DNA of 64,000 bases from Sedimentisphaerales bacterium (GCA_963708075.1 OY970194.1:2016001-2080000), one strand, 5' to 3'. Counted from the stretch's first letter, positions 50,301 to 63,578 are shown. The notes: generated from the sequence alone by a model not told the origin. Translations and numbers: made by a program.

Positions 50301-53300
50301 CCCAACTGTCTTTGGCCCTGCCGATCCTTGGCCTCTGGCTCGCCGCTCCGTGGATCGCCTGGTGGATCAGCCAGCCCATTGAATCGCCGGCGCCGGATTT
50401 GACGGCAGAGCAATTGACGTTTCTGAGACACACCGCCCGCAAGACCTGGCATTTCTTCGAGACCTTTGTCACCGCGCAGGAGAACTGGCTGCCGCCGGAC
50501 AATTTTCAGGAAGTTCCCGCCCCGACGATTGCGTCGCGCACCTCGCCCACGAACATGGGCCTGGCGCTGCTCGCCAATCTGGCCGCCCGGGATTTCGGGT
50601 ATCTTTCGGTGGGCGGCTTGATTCGACGCACGCAAGACACCCTCGCCACCATGCAACGACTCGAACGGCATCGCGGGCATTTCTACAACTGGTATGACAC
50701 GCGAACGCTGCAGCCACTCCTTCCGCTCTATGTTTCGAGTGTGGACAGCGGCAACCTTGCGGGACATTTGCTGACGCTCGGCTCCGGACTGAGGGAACAG
50801 GCCGATGAAAGAATCTTCACGCCACAGATTTTTGCCGGTCTGCGCGACACGGTGAGGATTCTCAGAGAGTTGGCCCGCGAAAATGCTGCGCTGGCAAAGC
50901 TCGACGCAGAATTGGCGCAAGCACCTTCCAGTCTGCGCGCGGCGTTTGCCTTGTTGGAAAGGGCGACGGGCCAGGCGACCAGGATCGCCGCTTCGCTGGC
51001 GAACGAAGAGGAAGAACTCAAAGGGTGGGCCCAGACGCTGAAGCGGAATTGCGAGGAGCACTTGGAGGACATGCTTTTCCTCGCGTCATGGCTGGCTTTG
51101 CCAACCCCAAGTCGTAGCAGCCAGCGTGAGGAGGTTCCAACGCCTCCCTCCCTTGCTGCGAAAGAAGATAAGAGCCTCTTCACATCGGCGGCCGCAAGGC
51201 TTGAGGAGAAGCTCGCCCAACTCGACCAAGCGCCAACCTTGCGAGAGGTCTCGAAGTTCGACCAATCGCTCTGTCCGTTGATCGAAGCGGCATTGCAGGA
51301 CCTCCCAACGGAACCTTCCCAATCCCGGCAGGAAGAACAAACATATCTCACTGAACTCTCACGCTGCCTGCGTGAAGCCAGCGACCATGCCCGTCAGCGC
51401 CTGCTCGCATTGGAAACCTTGGCCAGGCAAAGCGACGAACTGGCCGCGATGGATTTTACCTTTCTGTTCGACCCGGCGAGGGATCTGTTTTCCACCGGGT
51501 TCAACGTCACCGAACGCCGGTGTGACACCAGCTTCTATGATCTGCTGGCCTCGGAGGCGCGCTTGTGCAGCTACGTCGCCATCGCTCTGGGGCAAGTTCC
51601 GCAGGACCACTGGTTCTCGCTGGGCCGTCTGCTCGTCGCTTCGCGGGGCGAGCCGATCCTGGTTTCGTGGAGCGGCTCGATGTTCGAATATCTGATGCCG
51701 CTGCTGGTCATGCCCAACTATGAGAACACTCTGCTCGATCACACCTGCAAAGCGGCGGTGCAGCAACAAATCGAGTATGGGAAATTGCGCGGCGTGCCGT
51801 GGGGCATTTCCGAATCAGGCTACAACCGGACCGACGTTCACCTGAACTACCAATACCGCGCCTTCGGCGTGCCGGGCCTGGGTTTGAAACGAGGATTGGC
51901 CGAGGACCTGGTGATCGCTCCTTACGCCACCGCGCATGGCGCTGATGGTCGCGCCGGTCGGAAGCGTGTGAGAACCTGCAACGGCTGGCGGTCGAGGGAC
52001 GCTTGGGCACCTACGGTTTCTACGAAGCGGTGGATTACACGCCGACGCGTCTGCCGCCGGACGAAACGAGCGCCACGATCCGATCCTTCATGGCGCATCA
52101 TCAAGGGATGAGTTTGCTGGCTCTGGTCAATCTATTGCGGGACTACCCCATGCAACGGCGCTTCATGGCCTGTCCGTTGCTCAAGGCCGCGGACTTGCTG
52201 TTGCAGGAGCGTGTGCCTAAGACCGCCGCGAGCGTGTTCGCCGAAGATTCGACACCGGAGACATCGCGGACGCTTTCTGGCGAAAGCGTGATGCGTGTTT
52301 TCACGAATCCCACACCACCGGCACCGGAGGTTCATCTTCTGTCCAACGGTCGCTATCATGTCGTCATCAGCAGCGCCGGCGGCGGCTACAGCCGCTGGCG
52401 CGATCTGGCGGTCACCCGCTGGCGCGAAGATGCCACGCGCGATTGCTGGGGAACGTTTGTCTATCTGCGCGATCTGGCGACGGGAGAGTTTTGGTCCACC
52501 GCGTATCAACCCACCTTGCGTGCGACGAAAGGCTACGAGGCCATCTTCACGCAGGCGCGCGCGGAGTTTCGGCAACGTCATGTCGGCCTCGACATCCACA
52601 CCGAGATCAGCGTGTCGCCGGAAGACGACGTGGAGTTGCGGCGCATCACGATCACCAATCGTACACCCGTGGCACGCGTCATTGAATTGACCAGTTACGC
52701 GGAAGTGGTGCTCGCGATTCCGGCTGCGGACGCGGCGCATCCCGCTTTCAGCAATCTCTTCGTGCAAACGGAATTCGCACGAACATCCTCCGCCATTCTC
52801 TGCACCCGCCGGGCCCGTTCCCAGGAAGAAAGGCCGCCGTGGCTGCTGCATCTGATGGTGGGTCAAGGTGGTGAACAGGGAGAAATCTCCTGCGAAACCG
52901 ATCGTTCCAGATTTGTCGGACGCGGCGGAACCCTGGCCAACCCTGCCGCCATGCAAAGCATGTCGCCCTTGTCCAACACCGTCGGTTCCGTGCTCGATCC
53001 CATCATTTCGCTGCGGCGCACCGTCTCTTTGCCACCCCATGGAACAGCCATCATTGACCTGGTTTTGGGCGTGACCGAAAGCCGGGAAGCCGCGCTGGCG
53101 CATGTGGAAAAATATCAAAGCTCCCGCATGGCTGACCGCGCCTTCGATCTGGCGTGGACCCACAGCCAGGTGACGTTGCACCAGCTCAACGCCACGGAGG
53201 CGGAAGCTCAGCTCTATGGTCGGCTGGCCAGCGCGTTGATCTATGCCGACCCCGCTCGTCGGGCCAACCCCAGCGTGCTGCGCAACAACCGGCGCGGCCA

Positions 53301-56199
53301 AAGCGGCCTTTGGAGTTATGGCATTTCGGGCGACGCGCCGCTCGTCCTGCTCCGCATCAGCGACACGGCGAAGATCGAGATCGTTCGGCAACTGATCCGG
53401 GCACACTCGTACTGGCGCATGAAGGGGCTGACCGTCGAACTGGTTATTTTGAACGAAGACGTTTCGGTCTACCACCAGTCCTTGCACGACCAAATCACCA
53501 GTCTGATTGCCTCAGGGATTGAAGCGCAGATGCTGGACAAGCCAGGAGGCATCTTCGTCCGGCGCCTCGAACAGATTCCCAACGATGATCGCGTGCTGCT
53601 GCAATCCGCGGCACGAATCGTTCTGGACGATGAGAAGGGAACTCTGGCGGAACAACTGGAACATCGAAGTGTTTGGGAACCCTCGGTCCCAGCCCTGACT
53701 CCCACCCGCTCCGGGTCTGCCGATTTGCCGACGCCGCTCGCTGAACGCGAGTTGATTTTTCCGAATGGCTTTGGCGGCTTTACCCGTGACGGCCATGAGT
53801 ATGTCATCACCCTCCAGCACGATCAGATGACGCCGGTGCCGTGGGTCAATGTGCTGGCCAATCCTTATTTCGGGACGGTTATTTCCGAGAGCGGCGCTGC
53901 TTACACCTGGGTTGAGAACTCCCATGAGTTTCGACTGACGCCCTGGAGCAACGATCCCGTCCAGGATACCACGGGCGAGGCTTTCTACATTCGCGATGAG
54001 CAGACCGGACAGTTTTGGTCGCCCACGCCGTTGCCCGCGCGCGGCACAACGCCCTATGTCATTCGCCATGGCTTTGGCTACACCGTGTTCGAGCATACCG
54101 AAAACGGCATCGCCTCCGAGTTGTGGGTCTATGTGGCGATGGATGCCCCGGTGAAATTCACGGTTTTGAAATTGCGCAACGTCTCGGGACGTCCACGTCG
54201 CTTGTCCGTCACCGGTTACTGGGAATGGGTGTTGGGCGACTTGAGGCATAAAAGCCTGCTGCACGTGCAAACCGAAGTGGACCTCAAGACCGGCGCGTTG
54301 CTGGCGCGCAATTACTACAATACCGAATTCCCCGATCGCATCGTGTTCCTTGACGTGAACGATGCAACACGTACTCTCACCGGAGATCGGAAAGAGTTCA
54401 TTGGGCGAAACGGAAGCCTCTCGCAGCCGGCGGCACTGAAGCGCGCGCGCCTTTCCGGAAAAGTCGGTGCGGGGCTGGATCCGTGCGGCGCGATGCAAGT
54501 CGCCTTTCATTTGCAGGATGGGCAGGAACGGGAAACGAGTTTTCGCCTCGGGGTTGGTCGCAACGCAGATGAGGTGCAGAACCTGATCCAACGTTTTCGC
54601 CGTGCAGACGCCAGCCGCCTTGCGCTCGAAGGGGTCTGGTCCCATTGGAATCGAACCCTTGGCGCGGTGAACGTGGATACACCCGATCCCGCCGTGAATG
54701 TGATGGCGAACGGCTGGCTGTTGTATCAGACCTTGAGCTGCCGACTCTGGGGCCGGACGGGGTTCTATCAATCCGGCGGCGCCTACGGATTCCGTGACCA
54801 GTTACAGGACGTGATGGCGCTGGTGCATGCCGAACCGGCGCTGACCCGCGAGCATTTGCTCCGTGCCGCCGCGCGTCAATTCCGAGAAGGCGATGTGCAA
54901 CATTGGTGGCATCCCCCGGCGGGACGCGGCGTGCGGACGCATTTTTCCGATGACTATCTGTGGTTGCCTTACGTGACCTGCCGTTACGTTTCGTGCGTCG
55001 CGGACACCGGCGTCCTCGACGAAAAGATTCCCTTCCTGGAAGCCCGACCGGTCAAGCCGGAGGAGGAAGCTTACTATGATTTGCCGAATCGCTCCGAGGA
55101 GTCGGCCACGCTTTACCAACATTGCGTGCGCGCCATCGAGCGCGGACTGAAATTCGGCGAACACGGTCTGCCGCTGATTGGTTGCGGCGACTGGAATGAT
55201 GGCATGAATCGAGTGGGAAACCAGGGACGCGGTGAAAGCGTCTGGCTGGCTTTCTTTCTTTACGACGTGCTCACCCAGTTTGCCCAATTGGCGAGCGCAC
55301 ACCACGATCCCGCTTTTGCCGAACGCTGCCTCGCGCAAGCGCGGCAACTGCAACAGAACATCGAGCAACATGCCTGGGATGGCCAATGGTATCGCCGCGC
55401 CTACTTCGACAATGGAGAACCGCTCGGCTCCCAGACCAATCCGGAATGTCAGATCGATTCCCTGCCGCAAAGCTGGTCGGTGATTAGCGGCGCCGGCGAT
55501 CCGCCCCGCTCGCGCCAGGCGATGCAATCCGTGGATCAGCATCTGGTCCGCCGCGACGCCGGACTGATTCAACTGTTTGATCCGCCCTTCGACAAATCTC
55601 CGCTCAATCCCGGCTACATCAAAGGTTACATTCCTGGCGTGCGCGAGAACGGCGGCCAATACACCCACGGCGCGATTTGGACCGCCATGGCCTTCGCTCT
55701 CATGGGAGAAGACGAACGCGCGTGGGAGTTGTTTGCGCTGCTCAATCCCATCCATCACGGCGGGACGCCCGAACAAATTTCCACCTACAAAGTTGAGCCC
55801 TATGTCATCGCCGCGGACGTGTATGCGGTAGCGCCGCACACGGGCCGGGGCGGATGGACCTGGTACACTGGATCTGCCGGCTGGATGTATCGGCTGCTCG
55901 TCGAAACGCTGCTGGGCGTGAACCTCGCGGGAGATCAACTGCGTCTGACCCCCCGTCTTCCGAAAAGCTGGACGACCTACAAAATCCACTACCGCTACCG
56001 GCAAACTGTTTATCACATCACCATCACCCGGCTCGTCGTTGATTCGGCCGACGCGAATCAACTCTTTCTCGACGGAGAAGAACTTGCCGTGAAAGCGGTC
56101 CCCTTAGTGGACGACCGCCGTGAGCATTCCGTCGAATTGAAAGTCTGGAGTCCGGTGAACGCCCCCGAAAACCGGAGCGTTCTTCCAACTGCGGTTTGA
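47389..56199 (+). CDS. ndvB: Cyclic beta-1,2-glucan synthetase (Cgs/NdvB/ChvB: GT84 plus GH94 phosphorylase), ~2,900 aa, about five frameshifts
   Basis: PLRAELFS, EWLLDNFYLIE, WMGYERKRGKL, SHDLLE, RWIRGDWQ, PPDNFQE, RTSPTN, WSGSMFEYLMP, PWGISES, YQSGGAYGFRDQLQD, GDWNDGMN, RENGGQYTH, WTWYTGSAGW. Frame breaks near 47640, 48420, 48730, 51935 and 51960. Confidence 0.93.
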
Positions 56200-56442
56200 G
56201 TACGCTCACCCTCGTTTGTGCAAAACGCGGGTAAAGCATGTGACCATTCAAGCTGCCATCAGCCAAGGTCCTCTGCCACGAAATCCCAGCTAATCAGTCA
56301 GTGATAGTGGATTGGTGCCTCGCCAACAGAGGGTCGAGCATCCCTGATGGCGGAACTACAGCGGATGCTGCCCGGGTGGTGGAGTGCAAACTCGGGGTCC
56401 CTTATGGAAAATGAGTTGACCAGCTTGTCGCGGCGATAGGGA

Positions 56443-56471
56443 AGGGGCTGCACGCTTGCCGCACAGCCCCT
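56443..56471 (-). terminator. Probable terminator hairpin
   Basis: AGGGGCTG…CAGCCCCT downstream of the giant repeat protein gene. Confidence 0.5.
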
Positions 56472-56522
56472 GTTCTGTACAACTCTTGTTGCTTGTCAGG
56501 GCACGTGGCCTGGCTCCGTCAT

Positions 56523-59500
56523 TTACTCCTGGAGCTCGAATTCAAGATTGTCGCTGATCAGGACGGTACTGTTCACCACGAGCTTGTCCCCATCCCAGAC
56601 GATCTTGTTGATGTACACAGACCACGCGTAGACACCCGGGGCCCAGTCGCCAGGCGCTGCCGCATAGGCCCAGGTAGCCATTCCGAGATCATCCGTGTAG
56701 AGCAAACCCATGTACATGGAGGGCCCGGCGGTGCTCACGACGAGGGGCGTGATGCCGTTCTTATCGAAATACACCCTGTACGGCGTGTTGGGTAGCAGCC
56801 CTCGCACGTGGATGTCGACAGTCACGTATCTGGCGCCCGATTCCTGCCACAGCTCGAATGTGCCCTTGGCGCCCATGCTGTCGGCTTCTTCGCTGTGGTC
56901 GTTGTCGTACTTGCTGGCCGGGAAGATGTCCCGCGCTGGGTGCAGCAGACCCGTGTTCACGAGGACTTGCGGACGAGATTTACTCGCCTGTGGAGTGCCT
57001 CCGTAAAGGCCCGCGTTGGCACGACTGCCGTGGGCCTGCAGCTCCCGCAGCCAAACGGATTCAGGATGGCCTGCATCGATGCCTGGACTGTCCACTTCAT
57101 CAAGCAGCCATGCCCCGACCCTGGTGTTCAGCCGGCCGTGGCTGCTGCGCAGGTGATAATCGCCCGGCACCCAGAGGTCGTCAGTGAGATCGTCGCGAGT
57201 GCCCTGGTCGTCCCAGCGTCCGGGATCCGCAAAGTGCGGGGACAGGTCAAGGATGCCGGCGCCCGGCCATCCTCCCTCGATGTCGCCGTAATATACCCTG
57301 GGCGCGACGCCCGATAGCACAGCCATTGCCGGTCCGTCATTGCCCCACACGATCGTGTTGAGCACCCGGACGTTGGGAGAGTCCACAAACCAGAACACCG
57401 CGCTGCCGGGGCCGGTCCTGTTGCCCGTGAGTGTGCAATTGATGAACTTGGTCTCACTGGCCATGCACGCCACGGTCGCCCCCAGATCCCCCAGACTCAT
57501 GTTGCCGCACACAGCGCAATGGGAAATCAGTGCGCCGGAGCCATTGCAGCTCACCGTCGGCCTGTTAGGCTCCCTGTTCCCCAGGATTGTGAAGCCGCTC
57601 AACAGACAGTTGTGGCCCTCGCCGCTGGTCATTCGTACGACCGGGCCAAATCCCAGGGAGTCGATGATGGATGGGCCAAGGATATTGGGATCGACAAGCC
57701 ACTGAGCGGTCACTGTGATCGCCTTGCCCGACAAGTCGATAATCTCGGTGTAGCGACCATCATGGACAAGCACCAGTGCTCCGTCGGTGGCGAAGTCGAT
57801 ACCTTCCTGAATGGAATCGAAGGGACGCTGCGGCGTTCCACACTCAAGAGGATCGCTGATGGAGATGTCATTCGGTCCCGGATCAGAGAGAGCATTGTCG
57901 TCCACGTGGATGATGTCCGACCAGACCGGCATGACGGTGCACGTGTCAACAATCAGCGTATCCACCACGATCCGGCCGCGAATGTTGAACGTGACGATCT
58001 CCACGCCCGGGGACAGTTCCCACGTATACGTGCTGTGATGCCATCCATCATCCAGTGTGAATTCCTGGACGAGATGCGGCGGGGCCAGCGGGGTCGGCTC
58101 CACATTCTCCAGCACCGGCTCGTAGGGCATCCCCTCCGTGAAGATCTCGCTGACGATCCCCTCCGCCGGATGCCAGGTCATCTGCACCGACACTCTCGTC
58201 CTCATGTATCCCGACACCCACACGTGGACCGACGGACAAAGCCCATCGGGAAGCAACAGGCCGGAGCGATCCGAACCCCACAGGACGTCGGTTGGCCACC
58301 ACCGTTCATTCGCCACGGGCAGAGTGTCCTCCGCAAGCGACGTTCCAGGCAGAGGCGGCCGCCCGTCCGGTGAGACTCCGGTGATATCGTAAACATGTTT
58401 CAGGGCCGCATCGAGTTCATGAGCCGGCCCTCCGAGGACCCAGTACTGCGAGGTGCTGAACTCCGTGCATCGGCAGGATGCCGGGCCTCGATCGTCGGGC
58501 AGCACGGCAGTCTTCTTCAGAAACGCCGCTGTCAGTGTATCGTCGCCGTCCACAAAGACCGTCGTGTTCGGCAGGTTGATATCCTGGATCTTGGCCGCCG
58601 CAGTGCCTTGCCAGCACCAGAAGTAGTAATTCGGGTCCGTCACTACCGCGGACACAACTACGTCGCCCGGCGTCGGGTAGAAGAACTCCCCAATCCCTGG
58701 CATGACCACAGTGCCTCCTTCCGTGGACGAGAACCGTGAGCCTTGCCGGAGTCGTGAATTCCACGGGTGCACCCCTGGCAAAGCCCGAGGAATTCCTGGC
58801 AAACGCAAAGTAGCGATAGGTTGTTGCAGGTTTCAGGCCGGTGACAAGTGTTCTAAAGTGATCTCCGGTTCGCACGTTGCCCAGCGGCGCCGTTTTCAGC
58901 ACGTCCGTGCTTGCGAGTTGCCAGTACTGGAAACTCGCCTCGCAAGGCCCTTCCCCTTCGTCGGCGAGCAAACCATGCAGCACAGCCGACACGGGCGTGA
59001 TCTCCTCGGCGGCATATGTTATCACATCTATCCAATCTCCGACAGCCATGACAGTGACAGTCACTGTCGCCGTACCCGTGCCTCCGTGGCCATCGCTGAC
59101 CGTATACGTGAAGCTGTCCGGACCGTTGAACCCGGGGGCCGGCGTATAAGTGATCGTGCCATCGATGTTAACCTCTACAGTGCCGTTTGCCGCCGCGGAA
59201 GTCCCGACGATCATCAACGCGTCTCCATCCACGTCTGTGTCGTTGATCAGGACGTCGACCGTGACCGGGGAATCCTCCTGGGTTGAAGCGGCATCGTCCA
59301 ACGCCACCGGCGGATCGTTGACCGCACCGACCATCACAGTCACCGTCGCCGTGTCCATGCCTCCATGGCCATCGCTGACGGTGTACGTGAAGCTATCCGA
59401 GCCATGGAAGTTGGCATTCGGCACATAGCTCACATCGGAGCCATTGTTGACAACCGTGCCGTGGGTTCCCTGCGTGACTGAAGTGACCGTCAGGATATCC

Positions 59501-62500
59501 CCGTCTGGATCTGTATCGTTCGCCAAGACATCGACCGGGACCGGCGTATCTTCATTGGTTGAGGTAACATCATCCATCGCCGCCGGCGGATCACTGACCG
59601 AATTGACCGTCACGGTCACGGTCGCGGTGTCTGTGCCTCCATGGCCGTCGCTGATCGTGTATGTGAGACTGTCTGAGCCGTGGAAGTTGGCGTTGGGCGT
59701 GTAGCGCACATTAGAGCCGTTGTTGACGACTGTGCCATGACTCCCTTGCGTCACCGAAGCTACCGTTAAGGTATCCCCGTCAGAATCTGTGTCATTCGCC
59801 AGGACGCTGATTGTGATTGCGGTATCCTCATTGGTCGCGATGGCGTCATCCACTGCCACCGGCGGGTCATTGACTGAACCGATCGTCACGATCACGGTCG
59901 CGGTATCTGTGCCTCCATGGCCGTCGCTGATCGCGTATGTGAAACTGTCTGAGCCATGGAAGTTGGCGCTGGGCGTGTAGCGCACATTAGAGCCGTTGTT
60001 GACGACTGTGCCATGACTCCCTTGCGTCACCGAAGCTACCGTTAAGGTATCCCCGTCTGCGTCTGTGTCATTCGCCAGGACGCTGATTGTGACTGCGGTA
60101 TCCTCATTGGTCGAGATGGCGTCATCCACTGCCACCGGCGGGTCATTGACTGAACCGATCGTCACGATCACGGTCGCGGTGTCTGTGCCTCCATGGCCGT
60201 CGCTGATCGTGTATGTGAAACTGTCTGAGCCATGGAAGTTGGCGCTGGGCGTGTAGCTGACATTGGAGCCGTTGTTGACGACCGCCCCGTGGCTCCCCTG
60301 CGTCACCGAAGCAACCGTCAGGGTATCCCCGTCCACATCGGTATCATTTGCCAGGACGTTCACCGGGACCGGTGTATCCTCATCGGTCGAGGTGGTGTCA
60401 TCCACTGCCACCGGCGGGTCGTTGGCTGAACCAACCGTCACGGTCACGGTCGCGGTGTCTGTGCCTCCATGGCCGTCGCTGATCGTGTATGTGAAACTGT
60501 CTGAGCCATGGAAGTTGGCGCTGGGCGTATAGCTGACACTGGAGCCGTTGTTGACGACCGCCCCGTGGCTCCCCTGCGTCACCGAAGCAACCGTCAGGGT
60601 ATCCCCGTCCACATCGGTATCATTTGCCAGGACGTTCACCGGGACCGGTGTATCCTCATCGGTCGAGGTGGTGTCATCCACCGCCTCTGGTGGGTCGTTG
60701 GCTGAACCAACCGTCACGGTCACTGTTGCGGTGTCTGTGCCTCCATGGCCGTCGCTGATCGTGTATGTGAAACTGTCTGAGCCATGGAAGTTGGCGCTGG
60801 GCGTGTAGCTGACATTGGAGCCGTTGTTGACGACCGCCCCGTGGCTCCCCTGCGTCACCGAAGCAACCGTCAGGGTATCCCCGTCCACATCGGTATCATT
60901 TGCCAGGACGTTCACCGGGACCGGTGTATCCTCATCGGTCGAGGTGGTGTCATCCACCGCCTCTGGTGGGTCGTTGGCTGAACCAACCGTCACGGTCACT
61001 GTTGCGGTGTCTGTGCCGCCATGGCCGTCGCTGATCGTGTATGTGAAACTGTCTGAGCCGTGGAAGTTGGCGCTGGGCGTATAGCTGACATTGGAGCCGT
61101 TGTTGACGACTGTGCCATGACTCCCTTGCGTCACCGAAGCTACCGTTAAGGTATCCCCGTCAGAATCGGTGTCATTCGCCAGGACGTTCACCGGGACCGG
61201 TGTATCCTCATCGGTCGAGGCGGCGTCATCCACTGCCACCGGCGGATCGTTGACCGAACCGACCGTCACGGTCACTGTCGCGGTGTCTGTGCCTCCATGG
61301 CCATCGTTGACTGTGTATGTGAAGCTGTCCGAGCCGTGGAAGTTGGCATTCGGCGTATAACGCACACTGGAGCCGTTGTTCACGACTGTGCCGCTGGTCC
61401 CCTGGGTGACTGAAGTCACTGTCAGGGTATCCCCGTCTACGTCTGTATCATTGGCCAGGACATCGATGGTGATCGGTGTATCCTCATTGGTCGAGGCGGC
61501 ATCATCCACTGCCACCGGAGGATCGTTGACCGAGCCAACTGTCACGGTCACTGTCGCGGTATCTGTGCCTCCGCAGCCATCACTGATCGTGTATGTGAAA
61601 CTGTCCGAGCCGTAGAAATTCGCAGCCGGGGTATACGTGATCGTGCCATCAGGGTTAACCACCGCCGTGCCGTGTGACGCGGCGGAAGCCCCGGTGACTG
61701 TCAACACGTCCTGGTTCAGGTCTGTATCGTTCGCCAGCACACTGATGATGATTGGAGTGTCCTCGGGCGTGCTCGCTGCGTCATCGTTCGCGACAGGCGG
61801 CAAGTTGGGGCGGGCTGCCACCCGCACGGTAGCCGTGTCGGAGGCGGTCAGGGCCTCGTAGTTGGCACCCGTTTGGCCGTTGTCGCCGGTAGCCGTCGCC
61901 GTGTTCACTATTGTGCCCGCGGTGCTCATGGTCACCGTAGCTGTACCGGTGGCGGTGCCGCTGGATGCCAGATCATCAGTCTGGCCATCGCTGTCCAGGT
62001 CCTGAAGACCCGTCAGGCTCACGGTGAAGTCGTCCGAGGTGTCTTCGGAAGTCCCGTTGTCGTCGCTCAAAGTGACATCATAGAGAACCGGCAGTACCGG
62101 CATTGCTGATCGTGTAGCAGTACTTGACGACGTCACCGGCGGTTACGTCAAGATCATCGCCGGCCCAAGAGCAACTGCCGCTCTCTGTTGTCACCTTCTT
62201 CACAATGTCAAGCAGAGGCTGCCCCGCGCCGACAATGTCCTGCACATTTTTGAACGGGATCGTCTGGGCGCCCGTACTGATCGTCGTAGCGCTGGGCAGG
62301 GCCGTTCCCGAAACCAGAACGGCCTGAAGGTTTCCCGTGGGCCGACTGTTCTGCTGACACTCGATTTGAACGTCGATGCGGAGGATTACGCTCTCCCCCA
62401 CTTCCAAGTCATCGACGTCGATCACCGCCACCAACTCGCTGCCGGAGGCGAAGACGGGCCCCGTCAGCGTGGCCGATACCAGATGGGCTGAACTCCCCCC

Positions 62501-63001
62501 GTCGTCCTGGATGCCGGAATCCAAGCCGTAGGATCCAAGTCCGGGATTCACTCCGGTCCCATCGTCACCATTCTCGACGGATCCATAGTTGATGCCGACC
62601 CCGACGATGCCGCTGAGAGCGACACCTGGCTGGCCCGTCGTGGTCGCCGCGAACCGCAATTCCAGGCGGGCAGTCTGGACCAGTTCGGTCGTCGTGGTCT
62701 TCATGTCGATTCTGACCAGATAGGTCACGATCTGCCCGCACGCGAATTGTGTCCCCTGAAGCTGGTGCACAATGTCGTCGTAGCCGCCGATACTCCCGTC
62801 GTTGAAGGCCCCGCCGCCTGTGCCTCGGCTGTAGGTGAATGGCGCTGCGGCGGCGAAGTCAATCGAAGTGAAGTCGCCGGCGACACCTGATGCCGCTTCT
62901 GCGCCAAGAAACAGTATGGCCAGGAAAAGAAGAACCCTCCGCCAGCCCCACAGCGCATGAACAGACACAATCGAAAGACTCGCTGCCACGATCTTCATCA
63001 C
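56523..63001 (-). CDS. Giant secreted adhesin-like protein (~2,150 aa): N-terminal beta domain, ten Ig/cadherin-like repeats, FN3-like and beta-helix domains; two frameshifts (~62086, ~58732)
   Basis: Three ORFs rejoin on removing one base at each GGTTCTC (…GTAGLYDVT…, …RLTVSSTEGG…); signal peptide; NDPPVAVDD repeats; PFDSIQEGID; GDYHLRS…NAGLYGGT. Confidence 0.85.
59045..61806 (-). repeat. Ten tandem ~276-bp coding repeats (92-aa Ig/cadherin-like units)
   Basis: 276-nt period visible (59704, 59980, 60256, 60532, 60808, 61084, 61360); central copies nearly identical. Confidence 0.95.
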
Positions 63002-63191
63002 CCGTTCTCCACCAAGAGCCTGCGTATGCAGATAGACTCATCGCCGCTCATCCGTGGGCAGACATTGTCTTCCTCCCTCTGGCGCAATTATTTATTGTAC
63101 TGCCCAACAGCAGGCTCGTCAAGCGAAAAACGGCCATTACCCATCCGCCAACATTCGGGGTCGAGTCGCCAAGAGCGAGTTCGACCGTACG

Positions 63192-63578
63192 TCAGTCGTA
63201 CATGATCGTTGGCTCGCCTTCTTCGATTCGCGTGGAACGGCATTGGGGACAGCGAACCGGCGCGTCAAAGGTGTACTGCCCCTGGCATCCGCACTTGCCG
63301 GCAATGGTCTCGACTCCTCGGTGATATTCCTCTTCGGATAGCGGCTCAACCGACGCATGCTCTTGGATGTCCCGGTCCTGTTCTGCACTCGCAAGGCAGT
63401 AAGGACCCGAGAGTCCTTTCACATAGCGCACGTGAAGCTCGCCAAGTTCCTTGAAGCCTATGGCCTTCGTCTCGCCGCACTGGTCGCATCGGAGAAGGTG
63501 AAAGAAGAAACCTCCACCACAATCGACCGTGAAACTACTGCCGCAATCAAGGCACCTGGCCTGAACCTGATGTCCCAT
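63192..63578 (-). CDS. Small Cys-rich, probably zinc-binding protein
   Basis: CLDC, CDQC, CGC, CPQC; GAGG RBS before MGHQVQ. Confidence 0.75.
   Translation of the reverse strand: MGHQVQARCLDCGSSFTVDCGGGFFFHLLRCDQCGETKAIGFKELGELHVRYVKGLSGPYCLASAEQDRDIQEHASVEPLSEEEYHRGVETIAGKCGCQGQYTFDAPVRCPQCRSTRIEEGEPTIMYD

Noticed and set aside
49067..56061. Long minus-strand ORFs opposite the glucan synthetase
   Set aside because: Antisense shadows of the plus-strand gene.
59045..61806. CRISPR-like or non-coding repeat array
   Set aside because: 276-bp in-frame coding repeats without spacers.
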